Origin: a virus
Taxonomy: Duplodnaviria; Caudoviricetes
Virus record (IMG/VR): IMGVR_UViG_3300028591_000013
Coordinates: 1-64,000 of that record
Reading direction: 5' to 3' (one strand)
Length of the DNA: 64,000 nt
Positions 39,226 to 48,021 of the stretch are shown here, piece by piece. The notes beneath the pieces are model-generated. The model was not told the origin of the DNA, ran no database searches, and saw only the letters and a list, made by a program, of their open reading frames with translations. The first letter of the stretch is position 1. Each line of letters begins with the position of its first letter. The translations under genes and the position numbers were made by a program.

Positions 39226-39972
39226 TTATTCAGGTTTATAAACTTTATCCCAGTATGTTGTTATACTTCCGTCTTCATTTCCAGTGGCAATGACGATGTC
39301 GCGTCCCGCAATGTGACGGGCTCTTGCTTCCATAATAGTGCCGTCGCCCCCAGATTTAAATGATATATGTGTTTCATTATCTTTTCGGTAAACGTATCCA
39401 ACGGCATCTGCCATTCCACATACAATTTTTCCGAGTTTCCCAACAAGGTCAATTTCTTTTGCGTTGACCTCTTGGCCATCTTTGTCTGTGATACTGTCTT
39501 TGACATGCCCTATGAGAATAAACTCATCACAGAGATCCTTGAACATATCAATCACCTTCTTCACTGCTGTTCGAAGATAACCATATCCAGCACCGCGAGC
39601 AAGCGTTGTTACATCTGTACCTTTCCAGTTTTTACCTAGTTCGGTTTGACGATACAACGTACAAGCATAACTCATACAAATATCCTCTAGACGAGTTGCA
39701 TTATCAATTGTTATATGTTTATAAAATTTACGACCAGCTTCGTCATTTTTAGCTCGAATAGCCTGAGCAATCTGACCAAGGTCTTCTATCGTGCGTGCTT
39801 GTACAGCCATTGCATCAATAAAAGTAGAACCTCCTTCGAGGTCTATAATCAAATTGTTAGGTATCTGAGCTACGCAGCTGGTCTTTCCTGATTTAGGCAA
39901 ACCGTACAGTATCAAATACTGAGGGTTTACCGAGGTCGCAGGAACCGGTTGTGTAGGTAGTACTAAGCTCAT
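39226..39972 (-). CDS. Sak4-like / AAA_24 ATPase (recombination)
   Basis: LILYGLPKSGKT, IIDLEGGS, ITIDNAT, GAGYG, ILIGH motifs. Confidence 0.85.
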   Translation of the reverse strand: MSLVLPTQPVPATSVNPQYLILYGLPKSGKTSCVAQIPNNLIIDLEGGSTFIDAMAVQARTIEDLGQIAQAIRAKNDEAGRKFYKHITIDNATRLEDICMSYACTLYRQTELGKNWKGTDVTTLARGAGYGYLRTAVKKVIDMFKDLCDEFILIGHVKDSITDKDGQEVNAKEIDLVGKLGKIVCGMADAVGYVYRKDNETHISFKSGGDGTIMEARARHIAGRDIVIATGNEDGSITTYWDKVYKPE

Positions 39973-39987
39973 AATTGTATTACTAAA

Positions 39988-40491
39988 TTATTTCTTAATC
40001 GTAATCTTCAGACCATCAGTGTAAATGGTAGCGATAGTCTTCTTCATACTATCACCAAGGTTGTAGAAGAAGTTGTTATCCATCAGATTAAAGTAGAAAA
40101 TCTGATCGTTAATGTGGATATAGTCATCGGTAATCATAATATAATCACCGTTAGACAGCTTCATCACCTTATTCTTCTCAAACGGACACTTGAAAGCAAG
40201 GTTCGTCAGGAAGTTATAAGCCTTAGTGAAATTATCGTTTTTATCACCGAAAATGAAAGCATTCTCGAGATCGTCACTGTTATCCTTAATCTTAATCTTG
40301 ATCTTAGTATTCATAGGACACTCAGAACAAGTATTAATGGTAGCAGTGTTATAGCCATACAGCCAAGGATTCTTCTCTGCTATATCACTAGCAATAAGGT
40401 CATCAAGAACCTTAGAATAGTTTGTAGACTTATAAAAGGGACAATAAAACGTTGAAGGATTATTCTTAGGATTAAAAGTATACTTTGTCAT
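39988..40491 (-). CDS. Hypothetical protein, 167 aa
   Basis: Clean ORF in the replication operon. Confidence 0.7.
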   Translation of the reverse strand: MTKYTFNPKNNPSTFYCPFYKSTNYSKVLDDLIASDIAEKNPWLYGYNTATINTCSECPMNTKIKIKIKDNSDDLENAFIFGDKNDNFTKAYNFLTNLAFKCPFEKNKVMKLSNGDYIMITDDYIHINDQIFYFNLMDNNFFYNLGDSMKKTIATIYTDGLKITIKK

Positions 40492-40533
40492 AATTCAGCC
40501 TTTCTTTTAAAATGTTAATACTTGTCCGATGCA

Positions 40534-41457
40534 TTAACATTCAAGGAGGTTGTTGTACATAAGGTCGTTCTCGAATTCAAGGATACAAGGCTTACCAGCA
40601 TCCCTGTTCTTTAAAACGTGAATATAAACCTTGTTTTGTGTAGGTAAATGATTAGGACCATATTCTTGTATGCCCAACACCTCAGGTCGATGAATGACCA
40701 GGACATAATCTGATGCCTGGAAAATCGCATCGGACGATGACAGGTCACTTCGCATAGGATAGTGACTCATAGGGTTATTAATCCTTTCTGGAGCTTCTAT
40801 ATTTCTATTCATCTGAGTAAGTTGTACTATCGATGTCATCGGTAGCTTCTTTACTTGGATAAACACTCGCTGTAATTCTGCAATTGTTTCCAATACAGAA
40901 CCTATGGGCTTAGTAAGCAATGCGTGATCATATAAGATCACGAAATGCTTATTTGTACCTTTTACATGAGTATTATAGAAGTTATATATAATTTCTTGTA
41001 CTTGCATGGGAGTAGTAGGACTATCTACGAAATAGATAGGATACTCCTTTAGCTGGTTGCATACTGTGATGACTTGCCCCATTGTAGCATCATCCAGACT
41101 CATTTCTGAGCTATACAAAGTCGAAGTCGTTTTCCTGAGCTTATTTGAAAGCGTCCTTCCAACTTGCCTAAATCCAACCATCTCTAATGAGAAGTTCAAT
41201 ACTATTACATCTTCAGTAGGATTAAGATCTATGATATCAGTTTGGAGAAGATTAGCAAAGCTACTCTTACCCGATCCAGAAATACCAGCTATGGTAACAA
41301 CGGTATTGGGTTCAATACCTCCCATACACTGCTTATTGAACTTCTTCCATCTAGTTTTCAAGGACACAATGTTGTGCTCTTTGCGCCCTTTGATATAGTT
41401 GATAGCTTCTTGAGCTACAACTTTCATCGAGCGTACATTAGATAATGTCTGTTCCAT
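40534..41457 (-). CDS. dnaB: DnaB-like replicative helicase (C-terminal ATPase domain only)
   Basis: Walker A GISGSGKS, FSLEM, QLTQMNR, SDLSSSDAIFQASD, LKNRD. Confidence 0.9.
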   Translation of the reverse strand: MEQTLSNVRSMKVVAQEAINYIKGRKEHNIVSLKTRWKKFNKQCMGGIEPNTVVTIAGISGSGKSSFANLLQTDIIDLNPTEDVIVLNFSLEMVGFRQVGRTLSNKLRKTTSTLYSSEMSLDDATMGQVITVCNQLKEYPIYFVDSPTTPMQVQEIIYNFYNTHVKGTNKHFVILYDHALLTKPIGSVLETIAELQRVFIQVKKLPMTSIVQLTQMNRNIEAPERINNPMSHYPMRSDLSSSDAIFQASDYVLVIHRPEVLGIQEYGPNHLPTQNKVYIHVLKNRDAGKPCILEFENDLMYNNLLEC

Positions 41458-42004
41458 AAGAGTTTACTGCTTTTTGTTCAGTATCCTGCATTTCTTCCTC
41501 AATCGCTTCCCATTGTGAACGCGTTAACCAATTCCACATAGTCATCATATAGCTTAGACTACCTTCACGCATGCGTTTAGATATCTCATAGTCGAGACAC
41601 TTTATAATGTGTTCGGCCATTGCACTACTTCTTCCACATTTAGTATTGAAGAAATGACGACATTTGTTTACATTAGCTCGCAGATAAGATTTACTCCCAT
41701 CTGCTCGTGTTACATACACTGGGTACATATCATAGAAGACATCAAAGTAGTCCTTCTTAGGAAGAACTGCTTCTTTAAGCTTGTCTGTCGGCTGATATGT
41801 AATTGACTCGCCGCTCTCAATCGCGGTTACTAGTTCTTGATTGACTAAGTATGATATTTCGTCGTCGCTTATAAGGCTGATAACGTTGCGGACGTCTTGA
41901 TATATTGGTTGATTCTTACCCAATATCATACTTAGGAATACTAACTGATTCATAGATATACCTGGAAACTCGTCCAGGATTTTTGTGTTTACTTCAATAA
42001 TCAT
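41438..42004 (-). CDS. Putative replication initiator / replisome organizer
   Basis: FDVFYDMYP and WNWLTRSQWE motifs; lies between PolB and DnaB. Confidence 0.55.
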   Translation of the reverse strand: MIIEVNTKILDEFPGISMNQLVFLSMILGKNQPIYQDVRNVISLISDDEISYLVNQELVTAIESGESITYQPTDKLKEAVLPKKDYFDVFYDMYPVYVTRADGSKSYLRANVNKCRHFFNTKCGRSSAMAEHIIKCLDYEISKRMREGSLSYMMTMWNWLTRSQWEAIEEEMQDTEQKAVNSYGTDII

Positions 42005-43944
42005 AATTGGTCATCAAATAAACTTAGTTGCTGTTCAGTGAAGTCGGCAACTATCTTTTTTGCTTCACTGATGTAGTAACGATAGTTAATCTTTCGATCT
42101 TCTATCGGTCGATCATCAAACTTATTCAGGATAGTTACCCCTGATTTAGTTAACATATTTTGTTCGTTGTACTCAGGAACAGTATACTCACCAGCAGGTC
42201 CTGCATTTGACAATTCCCACTTATAAGTTTTTCCTGCATCTTCATTATATTTTCGTTTAAACAATGAATATCCATTTGTACTTGCATAGAATCTATTAAT
42301 GCGCTGCACTCGATTTTCTCCGTGCCACACTTCGAACTTCTTATCAACCTGTTGGCTCATAAGAAAATCTCTGATATCTCTATCAGATTTAATAAATTCT
42401 TCTATTGGTTCTCCTTTCACAAAGTAGTTTATCACCGCCTTTGGTATAACCACAGGTGCAAGTCCTTTGCCTAACTTATTTTTTGTAATAAACATACCTT
42501 TTTCCTCTATCTCCCCGCCTTTTAAGACACCAAAGTAGTCATTAATAGCGTATTGATAGAACGCTTCGTATTCGTCAGATTCGAATTCTAGACGTGTAAG
42601 GGCTTCCACCTCCTTAATAGCGTCTGAAACAGCCTGTTTAAGGCCATTTTTAGCCCTGTAGACGACACCATCAGTGTTGCACTGAATAATTTCACATCCA
42701 AGCTCTAAAAGCCTGTCTACGAGCAAAAGAAGGATTAACTGACCGTTAATTCTTATCCTGAAAACATTAAAAGGATCGTACATCCAACTCACTTCCTGCT
42801 GCATTTTACCAGTAGGTGAGTTGAGCACAATCTTTAGAAACAAGTTTTTAGTCTTCTGACCAGTACGTTTCGCTTCTAGCCTTTCGGCTTTCAACTGGGC
42901 AAACAGTTCGCGAAATATTTCTCCACCTTGACGGGGGCCAAATCCGTATTCGATTAGCAAACTAGGGTACATTGACGCCACATCAGCGTGCCCTATGAAC
43001 TCGTCAGCTTTAGGAAGGAATATCATTGGTGTATGTATAGTATGGATACCACCTACACCAACAGAATATACCACATTCGAGAGAACAAACTTCTTCTCGT
43101 AGCCTTTTCGCTCCTTAGAATATACTACCTGTTTCTTCATATCTTCTAAGACGCTCTGTAACTTTGGGTTTTTGTATTTTATATATGGCAGAATTACATC
43201 CTTCAACGGAATATAATCCATAGGAGAACGCATTTCCTTTATAACATTTTTCGGAATACCTGATTTCTCACTAAATTTCTCAAGCAAGAAGGTTTCTGCC
43301 ATCTTAACAGAGTCCATAGATAGACAATCGATACCGTGTTCCTGTTCAATAAACAAACGTAACTCGATATCTGGTTGTAGTCTATAAAATAACTCTGTAG
43401 TAGATTCAACATCGTTAATGTTGTACTCAATCATTTCATCTATCTTATCCACAGGGATAGGTAGTGTGAAATCACCGTCGTACTCCTGCACGTTTTTGTA
43501 GTGCATTGTTACTTGCATGGTCTTAAGACCTACGCGCAGTTTCTGACTAAACTGCATGGTTAGTAAATCCATTGAATAGAAGTACTTAGCATACTTCCAC
43601 CTTTTGAAGGGGATATCTCCACCTTCTTCGGATTCTATAATTTTCTGTGATAAGTTGGATACAGATTGACAGACTCTCCACCAAGGGAGTTGATCGAGTT
43701 TATAATAATAATCGATCATATAGTTTATAATAACATCATCATAATGTTTATTGTTATATCCACAGAACATTCTGTCGTTGTTCTTATAAAAGAAGAAATC
43801 AACTAACTCAGTTAGCTGATTCCTTCGTTCAGATATCTCAAATTTTATGACTTTGTTGGTTTCTGTATCTTTTACACAGCAATGGAAGCAATTGCTAAAC
43901 ACCTCTATGTCATATACATTTACACATAGGTCTTTAATCTTCAT
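42001..43944 (-). CDS. polB: Family B DNA polymerase with 3'-5' exonuclease
   Basis: Exo I YDIE, Exo II GYNNKHYD, Exo III YNINDV; Pol motifs DVASMYPS, KIVLNSPTGK, NTDG; C-terminal QLSLF. Confidence 0.93.
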   Translation of the reverse strand: MKIKDLCVNVYDIEVFSNCFHCCVKDTETNKVIKFEISERRNQLTELVDFFFYKNNDRMFCGYNNKHYDDVIINYMIDYYYKLDQLPWWRVCQSVSNLSQKIIESEEGGDIPFKRWKYAKYFYSMDLLTMQFSQKLRVGLKTMQVTMHYKNVQEYDGDFTLPIPVDKIDEMIEYNINDVESTTELFYRLQPDIELRLFIEQEHGIDCLSMDSVKMAETFLLEKFSEKSGIPKNVIKEMRSPMDYIPLKDVILPYIKYKNPKLQSVLEDMKKQVVYSKERKGYEKKFVLSNVVYSVGVGGIHTIHTPMIFLPKADEFIGHADVASMYPSLLIEYGFGPRQGGEIFRELFAQLKAERLEAKRTGQKTKNLFLKIVLNSPTGKMQQEVSWMYDPFNVFRIRINGQLILLLLVDRLLELGCEIIQCNTDGVVYRAKNGLKQAVSDAIKEVEALTRLEFESDEYEAFYQYAINDYFGVLKGGEIEEKGMFITKNKLGKGLAPVVIPKAVINYFVKGEPIEEFIKSDRDIRDFLMSQQVDKKFEVWHGENRVQRINRFYASTNGYSLFKRKYNEDAGKTYKWELSNAGPAGEYTVPEYNEQNMLTKSGVTILNKFDDRPIEDRKINYRYYISEAKKIVADFTEQQLSLFDDQL

Positions 43945-44094
43945 GCTTCTTTATTTTGTTGTTCCCCACCGCCTATCGCTAGACACTCCGTTTCGCGAGG
44001 ACTTGCTTGGCAATGTCCACGAAGTCCACTCAGTGAAGTGGGGTTCCTTAAACTCGGTTACGTGCTAAACAGAGGCTGGACCGAGCCTTATGGA

Positions 44095-45027
44095 TTAAGC
44101 AGCTTTTTTCATTGCTTTCTTAGAAGCTAATGTTTGCTGCTTTGCGTTCTTAGCACCTATTAACGGACGCTTTTGAGTTCGCTTATGGTTCAACAAGTCT
44201 GCGTCCAGAATTGTCGAATCTTTCTTCATTGCGACCTCAGCAGCTTTCTCTGCATTTTTGTACAGTTTATCCTCGGAACTAAGTTTTGGAAATGAGACAT
44301 CGTGTCCTTTTCCATTTACATCGTTAACTTCTGCTATTTTAATAGCATCCATCTTCTTGTCTTTAGAATTAACACGATTTCCCATTATATCTAATTTGTT
44401 GTAACACGAGACGACGAAATCTCGGAAACGTTGCTCTGCATTAAAGCGACGCTGCTCCCAATCCTCTACTTTATCGAAGAGGTCCTGATTAGGCTTTGGG
44501 TTCTTCTTGTCCCACTTCTCGAGTTTGTGGGCAACAAGTTTCTCCATATAAGCCTCTTTACACATTGGTTTGATTGTGTACGGATAGTTGGGAAAGTACT
44601 TTTGAAAATCATTGCGCTTTTCACGCTTAATCTTCTTCACGCTCTCGTCTTGTGGAGCGTATGACTTCCAGTTACTATACTTACGTGCTTTACACTTAAT
44701 CAGTCGCTTAGGCTGTTTAAAACCACCTTCTGGTATTATCCATAGACTACCGCTATTTTTCTTGAATTCCTCCAGAGGAATCCAATCATACGCAGTGATA
44801 GATGCTCCATACATACCTGTTACAGTATGAGGATTGGTTTGCATAAACTTATTACCAGTAAGAGGATTGGTTATGACCATACTCTCATCAATCTTAGCTC
44901 CATAGCGCTTATGTTCTACTACTGAAGATATTGTCTTGGTAATATTACTAACGGTAAACTTGCGACTAATGGATGCAAGTTGATTGACGTGAATTTTCAC
45001 GCCTTTTATGATACGATAGTTCTTCAT
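44095..45027 (-). CDS. Basic hypothetical protein ending …KKAA
   Basis: ATG at 45027 behind a strong SD; clean ORF. Confidence 0.8.
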   Translation of the reverse strand: MKNYRIIKGVKIHVNQLASISRKFTVSNITKTISSVVEHKRYGAKIDESMVITNPLTGNKFMQTNPHTVTGMYGASITAYDWIPLEEFKKNSGSLWIIPEGGFKQPKRLIKCKARKYSNWKSYAPQDESVKKIKREKRNDFQKYFPNYPYTIKPMCKEAYMEKLVAHKLEKWDKKNPKPNQDLFDKVEDWEQRRFNAEQRFRDFVVSCYNKLDIMGNRVNSKDKKMDAIKIAEVNDVNGKGHDVSFPKLSSEDKLYKNAEKAAEVAMKKDSTILDADLLNHKRTQKRPLIGAKNAKQQTLASKKAMKKAA

Positions 45028-45030
45028 ACT

Positions 45031-45042
45031 CACCTCCTTTCT
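45031..45042 (-). promoter_or_regulatory. Extended Shine-Dalgarno AGAAAGGAGGTG
   Basis: Reads TAAGAAAGGAGGTGAGTATG on the - strand. Confidence 0.7.
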
Positions 45043-45815
45043 TATGCAGCCTTTTTAATGCCCGTAGAAGCCTTTTTCGAGGCCATAGAGACCTTCTTAG
45101 TCTTCTTCTGGGTAGTTGTACCAGCGGCCTTACGTTCGGCCTTCAGATCGGCTTTTTGAGCCTTCGATAGAGCTGCTATATTACAGCGTTTACGGAACTT
45201 CATATATTCTTTACCTTCACGCTTTTTAATATCCATAGCAGCTTTACGAGCCTTCTTAGCGGCTTTAGCAGCAGCTTTTTTCTCAGCCTTAGTCTTTGAC
45301 TTGGTCTTAGACTTATGCTGTTCTTGAACAGGCAAGATTGGTGGCTTTTTCTTCACATACGGATAGATCTTAGATCCAGGAGTCATAATACTGCGGATAG
45401 TACCGAGAGTATCCTGGTCTGCTTCTATGTAGAAGTAGTTAGATCCCTGCATCTTCCACACAATGCCCTCATTCTTAAGAGCTTGTGTATTCATGTCCTT
45501 GTCATTAGGATTGAACGTAACGAGCACTAGATACTGATTAGGAGTATCAATCTGCTTAATCAGTTCCTCGACCTTGACCTTAGTCTGTTCTTCTGTCAAT
45601 CCCATACGCTTGGCACGACGCTTCAGTGCACCAATACGGAAGTTCTTGTACTGTTCTTCACGCTCCTTTTTCAGGGCTTCCTTGTCTTTGAGCGTTTTTA
45701 CTTTGCCAGTAGGAGTCTTATCCTTCTTGACGTTAACGGTTGCAAAAATATGCTTAGTATCTTGTTTTGGGGTCTGACCATTGTCAGTTGCCACCTTAAA
45801 ATTCTTCTTACTCAT
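45042..45815 (-). CDS. Lys/Ala-rich (histone H1-like tail) protein, 257 aa
   Basis: KAEKKAAAKAAKKARKAA low-complexity tail; ends …KKAA. Confidence 0.8.
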   Translation of the reverse strand: MSKKNFKVATDNGQTPKQDTKHIFATVNVKKDKTPTGKVKTLKDKEALKKEREEQYKNFRIGALKRRAKRMGLTEEQTKVKVEELIKQIDTPNQYLVLVTFNPNDKDMNTQALKNEGIVWKMQGSNYFYIEADQDTLGTIRSIMTPGSKIYPYVKKKPPILPVQEQHKSKTKSKTKAEKKAAAKAAKKARKAAMDIKKREGKEYMKFRKRCNIAALSKAQKADLKAERKAAGTTTQKKTKKVSMASKKASTGIKKAA

Positions 45816-45863
45816 TTTGATAATGTATTAAATTAAACATGTTATCTGGCCTCTTTGCCATTG

Positions 45864-45934
45864 TTGGACCACCGAGATTCGAACTCAGACGATAGGACCC
45901 AAATTCCTATGTACTACCATTATACTATGGTCCA
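45864..45934 (-). tRNA. tRNA-Gln(UUG)
   Basis: TGGACCA/TGGTCCA acceptor (U1-A72); TAGGA-ATTTGGG-TCCTA; CTGAG-TTCGAAT-CTCGG. Confidence 0.85.
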
Positions 45935-45964
45935 GTGTGGTTAGTGTCACTCTAACCTATTATT

Positions 45965-46516
45965 TTATGCTGCCATATACATCTTGAAGTCTTCATTGCT
46001 ATTATCATCGAGCTCAATTGCTGTATCAGTATTGAACTTCTCAAGCATAGCATCGAACTTATTAGCCTCAAGCTGCTGGTCATGGATCAGCTGAGCAATC
46101 TTCTCCTTAGAGAACGTCTCCTTCTGAGCCAGAGCCTTCTTACCCTTCTGTGCCTTAGTCTTCGGATCCAGAGTCTTAATCATCTTCAACAGAGTGATGT
46201 CCTCCTTAGCCTCACAGGCAGAGAAAATAGCATAATAATTAGTCTTCTTAAACTCCTCATAGTTAAATGAGGTTGTACCCATATTCAGGTACTGAATCAT
46301 GCCCTTAAGCTTGATTCGCTTCTCGCGCAACTGCTGGATAGTGTTATACAGAGCCTTGAGGTCAAAGCCCGAACCCTTACCTGCTGCTATAGCCTTGTTC
46401 GACATTACATTCTCCTCTCGGATAATGTGGCTATACTTCGTGATCTCCATATCGATCTTCTTCTTAATATTCAGAATATTACTTGCATTCATCTTTATCT
46501 TGATTGTCTTTGTCAT
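45965..46516 (-). CDS. Coiled-coil hypothetical protein, 183 aa, ending …YMAA
   Basis: Clean ORF with high-expression-type codon usage. Confidence 0.8.
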   Translation of the reverse strand: MTKTIKIKMNASNILNIKKKIDMEITKYSHIIREENVMSNKAIAAGKGSGFDLKALYNTIQQLREKRIKLKGMIQYLNMGTTSFNYEEFKKTNYYAIFSACEAKEDITLLKMIKTLDPKTKAQKGKKALAQKETFSKEKIAQLIHDQQLEANKFDAMLEKFNTDTAIELDDNSNEDFKMYMAA

Positions 46517-46578
46517 AAGCGTCTTGATTTAAAAAGTGAAACATGTTAATTATCTGAATTCGAGATCATTTACCTACG

Positions 46579-46788
46579 TAACTTATAGTGGTTGCGAGCT
46601 ACTATAAGTTAAAATTAGACTATGATCTGCATATAGTCCCCCGCAGAGTCCAACAGATCATAGTCTAATATATTTTTATTTTTGTTTTCGAATATTCTAA
46701 TCAGGATGTACAATATCCAGATAGTCTAAACTAACACACGTACCACGTATAGACAAGCCCGCAGACCCTCTATACAACCCCCGCAGAG
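46579..46788. repeat. Two perfect hairpins plus three CCCGCAGA repeats
   Basis: TAACTTATAGT/ACTATAAGTTA (46579-46611); ATTAGACTATGATCTG/CAGATCATAGTCTAAT (46614-46669); CCCGCAGA at about 46640, 46758 and 46780. Confidence 0.7.
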
Positions 46789-46804
46789 GTTTGAACGTAC
46801 CCGT

Positions 46805-47407
46805 TTAGTGTCGACCACCCTTCCAACGTACATTTAAGACTTCAAATACATCTCCAACAGCATCCCGAACGGTTAGGAAACCGTCTGGGTGTGTGTGTCG
46901 AGGCTCAACCTCAACTTCGATGCCACCGGCATACGGGCATGAGTTAATATGGTGGTGAGGAGGATTATCCTTCTTCAGTCCCTTATCACGCCAATATCCG
47001 TCATCGACTATGTGTCGACATACGTCGAAGAATCTATGGAGAATATTCTGATCCTTGCTATGAATACCCTGCAAAAGTACCTCTCGCGATAGTCCCTCTG
47101 CAATAGCTTCATGTGCTACAGGATTAGTTGTCATCTCCAGCAATGCGTCCCACACCTTGAGATAAAAATCATCAAATGTGATGTGGTCATAACACCCTAT
47201 AAGTTTATTCCAGAAACCGCTAAACCCTCCCCAAGAATACTTGGCGAAGTATATTCGCTCTTCTTTTCCGTCAATCTTATATTGTGTATATTCTCGTGCT
47301 TGAGCCATTAGTCCCAAACAGACTTTCTGTCGAATTTTCGGTTCCTTCAACAGATAGCCGATCAAGTCTTCAGCACCAAGCACTCCTTGTGCCTGGTTCT
47401 CTGCCAT
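46805..47407 (-). CDS. Hypothetical protein, 200 aa
   Basis: Clean ORF, closely coupled to the upstream gene. Confidence 0.75.
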   Translation of the reverse strand: MAENQAQGVLGAEDLIGYLLKEPKIRQKVCLGLMAQAREYTQYKIDGKEERIYFAKYSWGGFSGFWNKLIGCYDHITFDDFYLKVWDALLEMTTNPVAHEAIAEGLSREVLLQGIHSKDQNILHRFFDVCRHIVDDGYWRDKGLKKDNPPHHHINSCPYAGGIEVEVEPRHTHPDGFLTVRDAVGDVFEVLNVRWKGGRH

Positions 47408-47412
47408 AGCTA

Positions 47413-48021
47413 TTATGCTTCAACAGTAACACTCACAGCACCGCTGCCCATATCAACCTCGGGCTTGAACTTGTTGATGGCCTCCTGGTAGTCAAGAGCC
47501 TTCTTCTTGTTGGATGCGATAGTAGAACGGATAGAGTCACAATAGCGCTCAATCTGATTCTTCAGAGCAACCCAACGATCAAGCTCAGCCTGGTTCAGAG
47601 CATTGGCCTTGGTTACGGTCTTAATACCATCTGCGAATATACGTAGCTCACCACGAAGAGCGTCCTTCATGGCGTCATCGGTAGTCTGACCGAAGGTCGA
47701 ACCACCTGCCACAATCGCAGCGCGGCTCTCATCACCCATGCCCTTATTGAAGATAACTACGTTGTTACCATCGATATCCTGGGCAAACTCCTGGCTCAGT
47801 ACGCTGTGGCCAATAACGTTAATAGCGCGCGGTCCACGATTCGTAATAAGATCGGGGCTCTGTGGGTTCTGAAGAAGCTGGTTCTTTGTATCGTTGAATT
47901 TCAGATCTACATCTTTACCTTCAACTGTAAAATACTGTGCTCCCGTAGGAATCATACGGGAAATGTTCATTACCTGACCACGAATGGGGTTCAGGTTGTT
48001 TTCCATTTCAATATTGTTCAT
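47413..48021 (-). CDS. Hypothetical protein, 202 aa
   Basis: Clean ORF; TATCAAAAA leader. Confidence 0.8.
   Translation of the reverse strand: MNNIEMENNLNPIRGQVMNISRMIPTGAQYFTVEGKDVDLKFNDTKNQLLQNPQSPDLITNRGPRAINVIGHSVLSQEFAQDIDGNNVVIFNKGMGDESRAAIVAGGSTFGQTTDDAMKDALRGELRIFADGIKTVTKANALNQAELDRWVALKNQIERYCDSIRSTIASNKKKALDYQEAINKFKPEVDMGSGAVSVTVEA

Noticed and set aside
42001-43944. Introns or inteins in PolB, helicase or RNAP
   Set aside because: Motif spacing is continuous; no homing-endonuclease or splicing motifs seen.
43960-44025. HDV-like/theta ribozyme in the polB leader
   Set aside because: A P1-like helix and TCCTCGC are present, but P2 and the catalytic junction could not be built convincingly, and it is not at a tRNA 3' end.
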